From assembly GCF_027530345.1 (NCBI RefSeq), contig NZ_JAPZQK010000023.1, forward strand, positions 19,767 through 83,766: DNA of 64,000 bases, read 5' to 3'. The notes below the pieces were generated by a model. It made no database searches and was not told the origin of the DNA. It saw only the letters and a list, made by a program, of their open reading frames with translations. Of the stretch, positions 51,521 to 60,699 are shown piece after piece. How positions within the stretch are numbered: the stretch's first letter is position 1; every line of letters starts with the position of its first letter. This DNA is from Silanimonas sp. Lineage in GTDB: Bacteria > Pseudomonadota > Gammaproteobacteria > Xanthomonadales > Xanthomonadaceae. The position numbers and the translations under genes are program-made.

Positions 51521-51861
51521 CAATGAAAGCCCCCGCCGCCCTCGAGACCCTTGACGCACTGGCCCATGCCACGAGGCTGGCTGCCTTCCGCGCCCTCGTC
51601 GTGGCCGGGCCCGAGGGCTTGGCGGTCGGCGAGCTGCGCGAGGCACTGCGTGTGCCGCCCGCCACGTTGACGGCGCACCTCAACGTGTTGCGTGCGGCGA
51701 AGCTCGTGCTCGACCGCCGCGAGGGGCGAAGCATCGTGGTTCGCGCCAACTTCGCGCGGATGAACGACCTGGTCGCCTACCTCACCGAGAACTGCTGCGC
51801 CGGTGCCACTTCCTGTGGTCCCGGTGTGATCTGTCCACCAGCCCCGAGATCGTCCCCATGA
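51514..51861 (+). CDS. arsR: ArsR/SmtB repressor with C-terminal CC (alternative start at 51523)
   Basis: LAHATRLAAFRAL helix-turn-helix region and YLTENCCAGATSC. Confidence 0.88.
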   Translation: MEAMKAPAALETLDALAHATRLAAFRALVVAGPEGLAVGELREALRVPPATLTAHLNVLRAAKLVLDRREGRSIVVRANFARMNDLVAYLTENCCAGATSCGPGVICPPAPRSSP

Positions 51862-52244
51862 AGAAGCGCGTGCTGTTCGTCTGCGTCGAAAACGCCAATC
51901 GCAGCCAGATGGCCGAGGCGTTCGCCCACATCCATGGCGGTGACGCTGTTGAAGCCCTGAGCGCCGGCTCGAAGCCTTCGGGCGTCATCAACCCGAAAGC
52001 CATCCGCTTCATGGCCGAACTGGGCTACGACCTCGCCAGCCACGATTCGAAGTCCCTCGACGAGATCGACGGCGAGTTCGATGCGGTGATCACCATGGGC
52101 TGCGGCGACAACTGCCCGTGGATCCCCGCCAAGATCAGGGAGGACTGGGGCCTGCCGGATCCGAAGCACATGGACGACCCGGAGTACCGCGTGGTCCGCG
52201 ACGAGATTTCCTCGCGGGTGAAGGCCCTGCTGGATTCGCTGTGA
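51858..52244 (+). CDS. arsC: Arsenate reductase, LMW-PTPase fold
   Basis: CVENANRSQMAE, SAGSKP, ITMGCGDNCP and DWGLPDP motifs. Confidence 0.88.
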   Translation: MKKRVLFVCVENANRSQMAEAFAHIHGGDAVEALSAGSKPSGVINPKAIRFMAELGYDLASHDSKSLDEIDGEFDAVITMGCGDNCPWIPAKIREDWGLPDPKHMDDPEYRVVRDEISSRVKALLDSL

Positions 52245-52912
52245 TCCTGCTGCCTCAGCGGCTTCTGGCCGAAAGCCTCGGAACGGCGCTGCTGCTCGCG
52301 ACCGTGGTCGGGTCCGGGGTGATGGGCGTGGCGCTCGCCGACGGCAACGACGCCGTGGCGCTGCTGGCGAATGCCGGAGCGACGGCGGGGATGCTGTATG
52401 TGTTGATCACGACTCTCGGGCCGATCTCGGGGGCGCACTTCAACCCCGCGGTGACCCTGGCGATGGCGTTCCGCGGCGAATTGCCTGTGCGCGAGGCTGC
52501 GGCCTACGTGCCCTTCCAGTTGATTGGTGCGCTTGCCGGCGTGGTGCTCGCCCACGCCATGTTCGATCTCGACCTGCTGCAGCCGGGAACGCGGGTGCGC
52601 ACCGGCGCCTCGCAATGGTTGAGCGAAGGCGTGGCCACCTTCGGCCTGCTGCTCACCATCCTCCTCGGGGCACGACACCGTCTGGCGGCACTGCCCGTGC
52701 TCGTCGCCGCCTACATCTTCGCGGCCTACTGGTTCACGTCCAGCACGTCCTTCGCGAATCCCGCCGTGACGCTCGCACGCGCCCTGACGACGACCTTCGC
52801 CGGCATCCGCCCGGAGGATGTCCTCGGGTTCGTGCTGGCGCAGTTCGGCGGCGTGGTGGCGGCCTTGGCCGTGGCTCGGGTCTTGGACACCGAGGCGCAG
52901 CAAGCCGACTGA
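52241..52912 (+). CDS. MIP/aquaglyceroporin (AqpS-like arsenite channel)
   Basis: Two NPA boxes (GAHFNPAVT, SFANPAVT); GTGA overlap with arsC. Confidence 0.88.
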   Translation: MILLPQRLLAESLGTALLLATVVGSGVMGVALADGNDAVALLANAGATAGMLYVLITTLGPISGAHFNPAVTLAMAFRGELPVREAAAYVPFQLIGALAGVVLAHAMFDLDLLQPGTRVRTGASQWLSEGVATFGLLLTILLGARHRLAALPVLVAAYIFAAYWFTSSTSFANPAVTLARALTTTFAGIRPEDVLGFVLAQFGGVVAALAVARVLDTEAQQAD

Positions 52913-52978
52913 GCGCTTGGCAGGGCGGAGTCGGAAAGCGAGACTGTCGGTCCCGGATTTCCCCACCGCGTCCCTCCG

Positions 52979-53878
52979 ATGTCACTCCAAGCCTTCGCCC
53001 AACGCGTCGTCCAGGCCACGTCGTTCCATCACTTCATCACCGGCGTCATCCTGTTCGCGGCCGTCCTTGTCGGCGTGGAAACCGACAAGGCGATGGTGGC
53101 CGCACACGGCGACCTCCTGCATGCGCTCGACCGCATCGTGTTGGCGATCTTCTGCGCGGAGATCGTGCTCAAGATGGTCGCCCTCTCGCCGAAGCCATGG
53201 CACTACTTCCGCGACCCGTGGAACGTGTTCGACTTCGCCATCGTCGTGGCCTGCCTGCTGCCGCTCGGATCGCAATCGGCCACCGTCCTCAGGCTGCTTC
53301 GCCTGCTGCGCGTACTGCGCTTGGTGCACGCTCTGCCGCGACTGCAGGTGCTGGTCGGAACGCTGCTGAAGTCGCTGCCCAGCATGGGCTACGTGGGCCT
53401 GTTCCTCGCCATGCATTTCTATGTGTACGGCGTGGCCGCGGTCTTCCTGTTCGGCGAGAACGACCCGCGGAATTTCGGCAGTCTGCCGATGGCAGTGCTC
53501 ACCCTGTTCATCGTCGTCACCGGCGAGAACTGGTCGACCACCCTGTACACGCAGATGTACGGCTGCGAGAACTTCGGCTACGAGGGGATGGAAGCCCTGT
53601 GCACCGCATCCAACGCACAGCCGGTGGTGGCATCACTGTTCTTCGTCTCGTTCATCGTGCTGGGCACCATGGTGATCCTCAACCTCGTCATCGGCGTGGT
53701 GATGAACTCGATGCAGGAAGCGCAGATCGAGAACGAGCGCATGGACGAGGCCAAGCGGGGCGGCGACGAGCGCCATCCCAGCCTTGAGCACGAGCTTTTC
53801 GAACTTCGCCAGTCGATGGCCGCCACCTTGGAGCGGATGGAACGGCTCACCGAACGGGCGAAGGCGGAAGAGCGCTGA
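52979..53878 (+). CDS. Bacterial voltage-gated Na+/Ca2+ channel-like 6TM ion transporter
   Basis: WNVFDF (S3), LRLLRLLRVLRL (S4), TGENWS filter, ILNLVIGVVMNSM (S6) and a C-terminal coiled coil. Confidence 0.88.
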   Translation: MSLQAFAQRVVQATSFHHFITGVILFAAVLVGVETDKAMVAAHGDLLHALDRIVLAIFCAEIVLKMVALSPKPWHYFRDPWNVFDFAIVVACLLPLGSQSATVLRLLRLLRVLRLVHALPRLQVLVGTLLKSLPSMGYVGLFLAMHFYVYGVAAVFLFGENDPRNFGSLPMAVLTLFIVVTGENWSTTLYTQMYGCENFGYEGMEALCTASNAQPVVASLFFVSFIVLGTMVILNLVIGVVMNSMQEAQIENERMDEAKRGGDERHPSLEHELFELRQSMAATLERMERLTERAKAEER

Positions 53879-53918
53879 GCTCGGCTCCCTGCATCGGGGC
53901 CACGCGGGAATCACGGGT

Positions 53919-56057
53919 TCAGGGGAGGCGGGCGATCGCGTCGAAATCGAGGGGGCGATGGAAGAGGAAGCCTTGGAACTCCGGGGCCCCCAGCGCCACC
54001 AGCCGCGCGAACTGGCCTTCGGTTTCGACCCCTTCGGCTACCACCTGCATGTCGAGGGCCGAGCAAAGGTCGACGACGCCGGCGATGAGTCGTGCAGCGC
54101 GCGCGTCGTCGGTGACGTCCTTCACGAAACTGCGGTCCAGTTTCACTTTGTGGAAGGGCAGGGTCTGGAGGTAGCTCAAGGACGAGTACCCCGTGCCGAA
54201 GTCATCGAGCGCCAGCGTGAATCCTTCGCTGCGCAGCTGGGTGAGTAGCCGGTGGGCACTTTCGATGTCCTGCACCAGGCCGGATTCGGTCACTTCGAGC
54301 TCGATGTCTTCCGGCCTGGCGCCTCCGGCCGCCAGCTCGGAGCGCAGGATTTCGCTGAGCATCGGGTCCTGAAGTTGCTTGGCCGCGAGGTTGACGCTGA
54401 CGAGGGCCTGTCGCCCGGATCGATGCAACTGCGCAGCCAGCGTGACCGCGGCGCGGATCGCAGCGCGACCAATGCGATCGATGAGCCCGTTCTCTTCCGC
54501 CAGGGGAATGAACTGCACCGGGCTGACCCAGCCCAGTTCCGGGGAGTGCCAACGCACCAGCACTTCGTACCCGACGATACGACGTTCGGCATCGACGCGG
54601 GGCTGGGCGACGAAGCGGAAATCGTCGCGATCGCAAGCGCGACGGAGCAGGCTGACCATCGTGAGGCGCTGCAGTCCATGCTCATCGAGGCTGGGCTCGT
54701 AGGCCTCCAACCGCGCTCGTCCGCGGCGCTTGGCGTAGCGCAGCGCGGTCCCGGCGTTGAGCACCAGCACCTCCGCCGACTCACCGTCCTCGGGATACAC
54801 CGCGAGGCCGGCGCTGGCAGTGAGTGACAGTGACGTGCCCGCTACCGCCAGTGGCTCGGCCAGCGCGGCAAGAAGGGCTCGGCCCACGGAGACGCCGTGC
54901 TGGGCATCCTGCCCCGGGGGGCCGATAGCCAGAAGTTCGTCGCCGCCCCAGCGCGCCAGCAGCCAGCCGGCGGGCATCATGCCCAGTGCGCGTTCGGCGC
55001 AGTGCGCCAGCACGCCGTCTGCTTCGCGCGCGCCTAGCCCGTCGTTCACGACCTTGAATTCATCGAGGTTGAGCCAGAGCGTCGGCACCGGTCGCTCGCC
55101 GGCCTCGGCGATCCTCACCGTCAGCGCGTCGGTGGCCGCCGCCCGGTTGATGAGACCGGTCAGCGCATCGATGCGTGATGCCGTCGCCAGCTCGATCTCC
55201 AGACGCTTCGCCTCGCGAAGGTCCTTGATCGACACGATCCATTGCGCGGATCGTTGGCCGGTTCCCGGCAGCATCGTGGCCGAGACATCGACCGGAATGC
55301 TGGCGCCCGGCAGCTGCAACCGACAATCGGGCACCCATAGGTGGGTCGCCGCCGAGCCCTCGCGAACGAAGGCCTCGACGAGCGCCGGAATAGCATGGGC
55401 GATCGCGACGCGCCGCGCCGAATCATGGGTGAATCCCGAAAGGGCGTGGAACGCCGCGTTGGATTCGAGCAAGCGCCAGGATCCGTCGCACAGGACCAGC
55501 GCGTCGCGCGAGTTGGCGAACGCGTGGCCCAGGACGCGAAGGGACTCGTCCTGTTCGCGTTGGCGGGTGATGTCCTTGGTGGTGCCCACCATGCGGCGGG
55601 CGATGCCGGACGCATCGCGTTCGATGACCCGGCCGCGGCTGCGGCGCCATGACTGGCCGTCGCGCAGCCGGTACTGCATGTCGTACTCGGCTGAACTGCC
55701 GGCAAGGTGGAGCCGCCATGCCAGCACCACCGATTCCACATCGGCCGGATGGATCGCATCCAGCACGTCGATCAGGAGGGCCGAGGTCTCCTGGGGCGGG
55801 GCATCGAGGGCGACGTAGCGCGCACTGCGCACGAGATCGGTCTCGGCCTCCCACTCCCAGATCGATTCGCCGCTCGCCCACAGCGCGAGTTCGAGCCGCC
55901 GCTGTGACCGCTCGGAGGCCTGCAGCGCCTCGAAGAGTTCGAGGCTCTTGCCCTCGAGCAGCCGTTCGGCCTCCTTCCGCGCAGCGCGCTCCCGCGCCAG
56001 ACGGCGCTCGTGCAATTCGTCCGCCTTGCTGGCCTCCTCAGGGACGGGGACGGACAT
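53919..56057 (-). CDS. PAS-PAS-GGDEF(degenerate)-EAL c-di-GMP enzyme, H-NOX partner
   Basis: N-terminal ERRLARERAARKEAERLLEGKSLEL helix; PAS folds; WGGDEL; EVLVRW; LDDFGTGYSS. Confidence 0.88.
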   Translation of the reverse strand: MSVPVPEEASKADELHERRLARERAARKEAERLLEGKSLELFEALQASERSQRRLELALWASGESIWEWEAETDLVRSARYVALDAPPQETSALLIDVLDAIHPADVESVVLAWRLHLAGSSAEYDMQYRLRDGQSWRRSRGRVIERDASGIARRMVGTTKDITRQREQDESLRVLGHAFANSRDALVLCDGSWRLLESNAAFHALSGFTHDSARRVAIAHAIPALVEAFVREGSAATHLWVPDCRLQLPGASIPVDVSATMLPGTGQRSAQWIVSIKDLREAKRLEIELATASRIDALTGLINRAAATDALTVRIAEAGERPVPTLWLNLDEFKVVNDGLGAREADGVLAHCAERALGMMPAGWLLARWGGDELLAIGPPGQDAQHGVSVGRALLAALAEPLAVAGTSLSLTASAGLAVYPEDGESAEVLVLNAGTALRYAKRRGRARLEAYEPSLDEHGLQRLTMVSLLRRACDRDDFRFVAQPRVDAERRIVGYEVLVRWHSPELGWVSPVQFIPLAEENGLIDRIGRAAIRAAVTLAAQLHRSGRQALVSVNLAAKQLQDPMLSEILRSELAAGGARPEDIELEVTESGLVQDIESAHRLLTQLRSEGFTLALDDFGTGYSSLSYLQTLPFHKVKLDRSFVKDVTDDARAARLIAGVVDLCSALDMQVVAEGVETEGQFARLVALGAPEFQGFLFHRPLDFDAIARLP

Positions 56058-56583
56058 GGAACACCGAAACCGGGCGGCCTTCGTACGTTCCGTGTTCCCA
56101 ATCCACCTGCAGCGACTCACCGAAGTGCCGGATGGCGCCAACGATGAGCCCCTGGGCCAGTGCTTCCATGCCACGCGGCGACTCGTACGCCAGATGGAGC
56201 GTGTCGCCCTCGCGGGACATCACGTGGAAGCGCGGCAACCGGGCTTCCGGATAGAGCTTTCGCACGGCGACGTGGATATCGCCATCCAACTGGCACAACA
56301 AATCGATCGTGCCGCGCCGTCCATCGATCAGGGACGCGTAGCCTTGGGTGAAGCGCCCGAAGAGATGCTCGCCGAAGGCCTGCACCAGCGCCCCGGCGGG
56401 AAGGCCGGTCTGCTCGGACAACGCGACCACGAGGGCGACGATCTCCTCGTGCGGGTAGTAACCCACGGCGGTGTAGGCGCCCTGGTTGGCCGGCGCCGCT
56501 TGTTCGATGATCCGATCGAGCACATCGGGCGAGAAGCGCTCTTCCACCATTTCCATGAATTCGGTGAACACGATCCCAAGCAT
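56038..56583 (-). CDS. hnoX: H-NOX heme NO-binding protein
   Basis: MLGIVF start, YTAVGYY, proximal His in IHVAVRKLYP and a YxSxR motif (YESPR). Confidence 0.9.
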   Translation of the reverse strand: MLGIVFTEFMEMVEERFSPDVLDRIIEQAAPANQGAYTAVGYYPHEEIVALVVALSEQTGLPAGALVQAFGEHLFGRFTQGYASLIDGRRGTIDLLCQLDGDIHVAVRKLYPEARLPRFHVMSREGDTLHLAYESPRGMEALAQGLIVGAIRHFGESLQVDWEHGTYEGRPVSVFHVRPRP

Positions 56584-56595
56584 CGACGCGCCTCC

Positions 56596-58047
56596 TCAGG
56601 CAAGGGTGTCGGGAATGTCGATCCCCACTTCGGCCAGTCTCTCGCGGACCCACTGATCGGCCGCACGAAGGGCGGCATTGTCACCGGTGCCAGCGAGCAT
56701 CGCCTGCGCAGCTTCGCGTTCCGTGAGGTAGCTCGCAAGCGTGCCCTCGGCCGGCGCCGAAGCGTGAAACCGGTCACGGCGCCACGCGTCCCACGCGCGC
56801 CGCTGTTCCGTATCCAGAGACTCCGGCCAGTTCCGTGCCTGGTAGCGGAAGAGCAAGGCCTTGAGTCGGGGATCCTGCAGTTGGGCCTCGAACGCCGGCA
56901 GGCTGGCCGGTGCGGCGGTGCGGATCCGCGGAAACAGCCGGCGGTCCGCATCGCCGATGAAGCCGCCATAGAGATCGCCGTCGGCATCGGTCTCGCCGAA
57001 ATCGCGCGACTCCGAGAACAGCGACACGCAGCGCGCAATGAACTGCGGGTGGGCGGCCAGCCATCCTGCGCGCTCCTGAGCCATCGAGGCGTCCAAGTGC
57101 AGGCGCTCGAGCTCCGCCGGCCGCACGTGGGCCAAGGGCAGCACTGCCGGGCAGCGGTTGGTGTGGATCTCCTTCAGGGGCAGGCGCTGGACGCCCTCGG
57201 GCAGCTGCGCCCGTGGCGTGAATAGGCGAGCCTTCAGCGTCGCGTCGTCCAGCAGCGCGAACCCGGCGGGATCGACCCCGAGGTCGTAGGCGATCACGCG
57301 CGTGCCGATCAACGGATGCACGGCGAGCGGCGCCACAAGCGCGGCGTGCCGCTGCCCGGGCGGGAAACGCCCCGAGACGTGCAGCAGGGGGGTGTGAGCC
57401 ACGAGGTCGCAGAGGCCGCGCACGGTCTTCTTGTCGCGAAGCTTCAGCACGTAATCCCAGAAACGGGGCTGCGCGTCTTTCAACTTCCGGGCGAGGCCGA
57501 TCAGCGCGCGGACGTCGCTGAGCGCCTCGTGGGCCAAGCCTTCGCGGACGCCATTGGCGTTGGCGAGTTCCTCGAGCTTGAAGCTCGCGTGCCCATCCTC
57601 GCGAAGCGGCCATTCGAGGCCTTCGGGCCGCAGCGCCCGGGCGAGACGCAGCACGTCCAGCAGGTCCCAACGGCTGTTGCCGTTTCGCCACTCGCGCTCG
57701 TAGGCGTCGTAGAAATTGCGATACAGCCCGAAACGGATGAATTCGTCGTCGAATCGAAGGCTGTTGTAGCCCACGGCGCAGGTGCCCGGTTCGGCCATCA
57801 GCTCGTGGACACGGGCGAAGAACTCGGCTTCGAGAAGGCCCTCCGCCATGGCGCGCTGCGGCGCGATGCCGGTGATCGCCGTGGCGACCGGTGAGGGCAG
57901 CACGTCGCCGGCCGGTTGGCAGAACAATGAAACGGGCGTATCGACCTCGCGGAGGTCGTCGTCGGTGCGGATCGCGGCGAACTGCGCGATGCGCGAGCGG
58001 CGCGGATCGCGGCCGAAGGTCTCGAGGTCGTACCAGAGGAAGCTCAA
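56596..58047 (-). CDS. sbcB: Exodeoxyribonuclease I
   Basis: WYDLETFG, GYNSLRFDDE, SFKLEEL and AHEALSDV motifs; TTG start overlapping the kmo stop. Confidence 0.95.
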   Translation of the reverse strand: MSFLWYDLETFGRDPRRSRIAQFAAIRTDDDLREVDTPVSLFCQPAGDVLPSPVATAITGIAPQRAMAEGLLEAEFFARVHELMAEPGTCAVGYNSLRFDDEFIRFGLYRNFYDAYEREWRNGNSRWDLLDVLRLARALRPEGLEWPLREDGHASFKLEELANANGVREGLAHEALSDVRALIGLARKLKDAQPRFWDYVLKLRDKKTVRGLCDLVAHTPLLHVSGRFPPGQRHAALVAPLAVHPLIGTRVIAYDLGVDPAGFALLDDATLKARLFTPRAQLPEGVQRLPLKEIHTNRCPAVLPLAHVRPAELERLHLDASMAQERAGWLAAHPQFIARCVSLFSESRDFGETDADGDLYGGFIGDADRRLFPRIRTAAPASLPAFEAQLQDPRLKALLFRYQARNWPESLDTEQRRAWDAWRRDRFHASAPAEGTLASYLTEREAAQAMLAGTGDNAALRAADQWVRERLAEVGIDIPDTLA

Positions 58048-59417
58048 CGCGCCAGCTCCAGCCAGTCCTCCGGCAAGGGGGCGAGGCCATCGACGATGCG
58101 CGCATCGAGCGCCGTGAGGTCGATCGAGGAAAGGTCGTCGATGCCGCGGGTTGCCTCCACCAGCAGCTCGCGCTGCCAGCGGCCGCGCTCCAGCGCAACG
58201 GCATAGGGCGTGCGGGTGAAGCTCACCATCGAGTAGCGCGGGACGAAGCGGCCGGGATGGCGCTCGGCGAGCTGCAGTTCCAGCGCCCGCTGGCGCCGCC
58301 AGTCCGGGTTGTCCACGGAATCGCGCATCTCGACGTAGTTTTCCAGCGCCATGGCCTGGATCGCCTCGGCATTCGGGCGACGGTCCGCCTCGAAGGCCGC
58401 GAAGGCATCGACGCTGTCCTCGTGCTCAGCCATCAGTCGGTCCAGCGCCGCCACGTCCTCGAAGGCGCAGTTCATGCCTTGGCCGTGGAAGGGCACCATG
58501 GCGTGGGCCGCATCGCCAATGAGCACGGCGCGCCCGTCGAGATGCCAGCGCCGCAAGCGCAACGTGGCGAGGCCACTGGTGGGGTTGTCGGCCCAATCGG
58601 CGGCCAGACCCGGCATCAGCGCCAGCGCATCAGGGAACTCGCGTTCGAAGAAATCCCGCGCTGCGGCCGCATCGGGCAGTTGCTCGAAGTTCGGGGTGCC
58701 GTCGCGGTGGGCGAGGAAGAGCGTCGCGGTGAACGTGCCCTCGGTGTTCGGCAGCGCGATCAGCATGTAGCCGCCGCGCGGCCAGATGTGCAGCGCGTCG
58801 CGGGCGATGCGGAAGCCGCCATCTTCGAGCGGCGGGATCTCCAGTTCCTTGTAGCCGTGGCCCAGCGGCTCGAAGTGCTCGTGGAGGTCGACATGGCGTT
58901 GCATCGCGGCGCGCAGCGCGCTGCCGGCGCCGTCGGCGCCGATCAGTGCATCGAAATCGATCCACTGCACGCTGCGGTCGTGGTCGTTGACCAGTTCGGC
59001 GCGACGTGCGGCGAAGTCGACGTAGTTCAAGCGCTGGTGGAAATGCAGGCGTGCTCCGGCACGTTCGGCCGCGTCGAGCAGCAGGAGGTTGAGATTGCCC
59101 CGATGCACCGACCAGATGCATTCGCGATCAACCCGGCCATACGGCTGGAAGTTGATCTGCCCTTCGCGCGGATGGACCATGCGACCGCGCATCGCCACCG
59201 CCTGCGCCAGCACGGCGTCACCAAGGCCGGCTTCGCGCAGTACGGCAAGGCCACGCGCCGCGAGCGCCAGGTTGATCGAGCGCCCGCCCTCGTAGCCGCG
59301 CAGCCGCGCGTCCGGCCGGCGCTCGAACACATCGACCCGGTGGCCGCGACGGGCGAGCAGGGCGGCGAGCAGCGCACCGGCCAGTCCGCCGCCAACGATC
59401 GTGTAGGCGCGGCTCAT
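58044..59417 (-). CDS. kmo: Kynurenine 3-monooxygenase
   Basis: IVGGGLAG, GRSINLALAARG, HIWPRG and GDAAHAMVPFHGQGMNCAFED motifs. Confidence 0.93.
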   Translation of the reverse strand: MSRAYTIVGGGLAGALLAALLARRGHRVDVFERRPDARLRGYEGGRSINLALAARGLAVLREAGLGDAVLAQAVAMRGRMVHPREGQINFQPYGRVDRECIWSVHRGNLNLLLLDAAERAGARLHFHQRLNYVDFAARRAELVNDHDRSVQWIDFDALIGADGAGSALRAAMQRHVDLHEHFEPLGHGYKELEIPPLEDGGFRIARDALHIWPRGGYMLIALPNTEGTFTATLFLAHRDGTPNFEQLPDAAAARDFFEREFPDALALMPGLAADWADNPTSGLATLRLRRWHLDGRAVLIGDAAHAMVPFHGQGMNCAFEDVAALDRLMAEHEDSVDAFAAFEADRRPNAEAIQAMALENYVEMRDSVDNPDWRRQRALELQLAERHPGRFVPRYSMVSFTRTPYAVALERGRWQRELLVEATRGIDDLSSIDLTALDARIVDGLAPLPEDWLELAR

Positions 59418-60691
59418 GACGGGCGCCAGTCGCGCACGGCGCGGACGAAGGCGAGGACGTCGGTGAAGCGGTTGTAGAGCGGCGCCGGGCTGATGCGGAT
59501 GACGTCCGGCTCGCGCCAGTCGCCGAGCACGCCGTTCGCGGCCAGATGCTCGAACAGCGCCCGGCCCATGGCACGGCCCCCGACCACGCGCAGCGACAGC
59601 TGGCAGCCGCGGCGCGCGGGATTAGCAGGCGTGAGGATCTCGATGCGCCCTGCGAGATGCGCGTTGACCAGGGCTTCGAGGTAGCCCGTGAGCTTCAGCG
59701 ACTTCGCCCGCAGGGCCGGCATCGTGGCCGCGTCGAACAGTTCGAGCGAGGCCCGGATCGGTGCCATCGCGAGGATCGGCGGGTTGCTCATCTGCCAGCC
59801 TTCGGCGCCCTCCGCGGGTTCGAACTGCGGCGCCATCAGGAATCGCGTGTCGGCGCGATGCCCCCACCAGCCCGCGAGTCGCGGCAGGTCGCTGCGGCGG
59901 CCGTGACGCTCGTGGACGAAGGCACCGGCGACCGCGCCCGGCCCGCTGTTGAGGTACTTGTAGGTGCACCAGGCCGCGAAATCGGCGCCGCTGTCGTGCA
60001 GGGCGAGCGGCAGGTTGCCAGCGGCATGGGCGAGGTCGAAACCCACGGCGCAGCCCTGCGCCTTGGCCAGGGCAGTGATCGCCGCGAGGTCGAAGGCTTG
60101 GCCCGTGCGGTACTGCACCCCCGGCCACAGCACCAGCGCGATGCGGGAGCCGTGCTCGGCCAGCACGCGCTCGATGGCCGCCATGCTGATCAGGCCGTTC
60201 GGCTCGTCGCCCTCGAGCTCGATCAGGTCGGTGGCGGGATCGAAGCCGTGGAAGCGGATCTGCGACTCGACGGCGTGGCGGTCCGACGGAAACGCGCCGG
60301 CTTCGATGAGGATGGCCGGCCGTTCGCGCGTGGGCCGGTAGAAGCTCGCCATCAACAGGTGCAGGTTGACGGTGAGGGTGTTCATCACCACCACTTCGGA
60401 GGGCAGCGCCCCGACGACGCGCGCCATCGGTTCGCGGAGCGTGGCGTGGTAATGCATCCACGGACGGTCCCCGCGGAAATGCCCTTCCACCGCATTCGTC
60501 GCCCAGCTCGCCAGTTCCTCGGCGATGGCCGTGGCCGCGGCGCGAGGCTGCAGTCCCAGCGAATTGCCGACGAAGTAGTGCAGGTCGCGCCCCTCGTGCT
60601 GGGGCACGTGGAAGGCCGCGCGATGTCGCGCCAAGGGGTCGGCGGCATCCTGGGCGAGGGCCCAGGCGTCGTGGTCGAGCGAAAGATCCAT
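59414..60691 (-). CDS. kynU: Kynureninase
   Basis: YFVGNSLGLQP, MNTLTVNLHL, FDLAHAAGN, WCTYKYLNSGPG and GWWGH motifs. Confidence 0.95.
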   Translation of the reverse strand: MDLSLDHDAWALAQDAADPLARHRAAFHVPQHEGRDLHYFVGNSLGLQPRAAATAIAEELASWATNAVEGHFRGDRPWMHYHATLREPMARVVGALPSEVVVMNTLTVNLHLLMASFYRPTRERPAILIEAGAFPSDRHAVESQIRFHGFDPATDLIELEGDEPNGLISMAAIERVLAEHGSRIALVLWPGVQYRTGQAFDLAAITALAKAQGCAVGFDLAHAAGNLPLALHDSGADFAAWCTYKYLNSGPGAVAGAFVHERHGRRSDLPRLAGWWGHRADTRFLMAPQFEPAEGAEGWQMSNPPILAMAPIRASLELFDAATMPALRAKSLKLTGYLEALVNAHLAGRIEILTPANPARRGCQLSLRVVGGRAMGRALFEHLAANGVLGDWREPDVIRISPAPLYNRFTDVLAFVRAVRDWRPS

Positions 60692-60699
60692 CGAAATCC

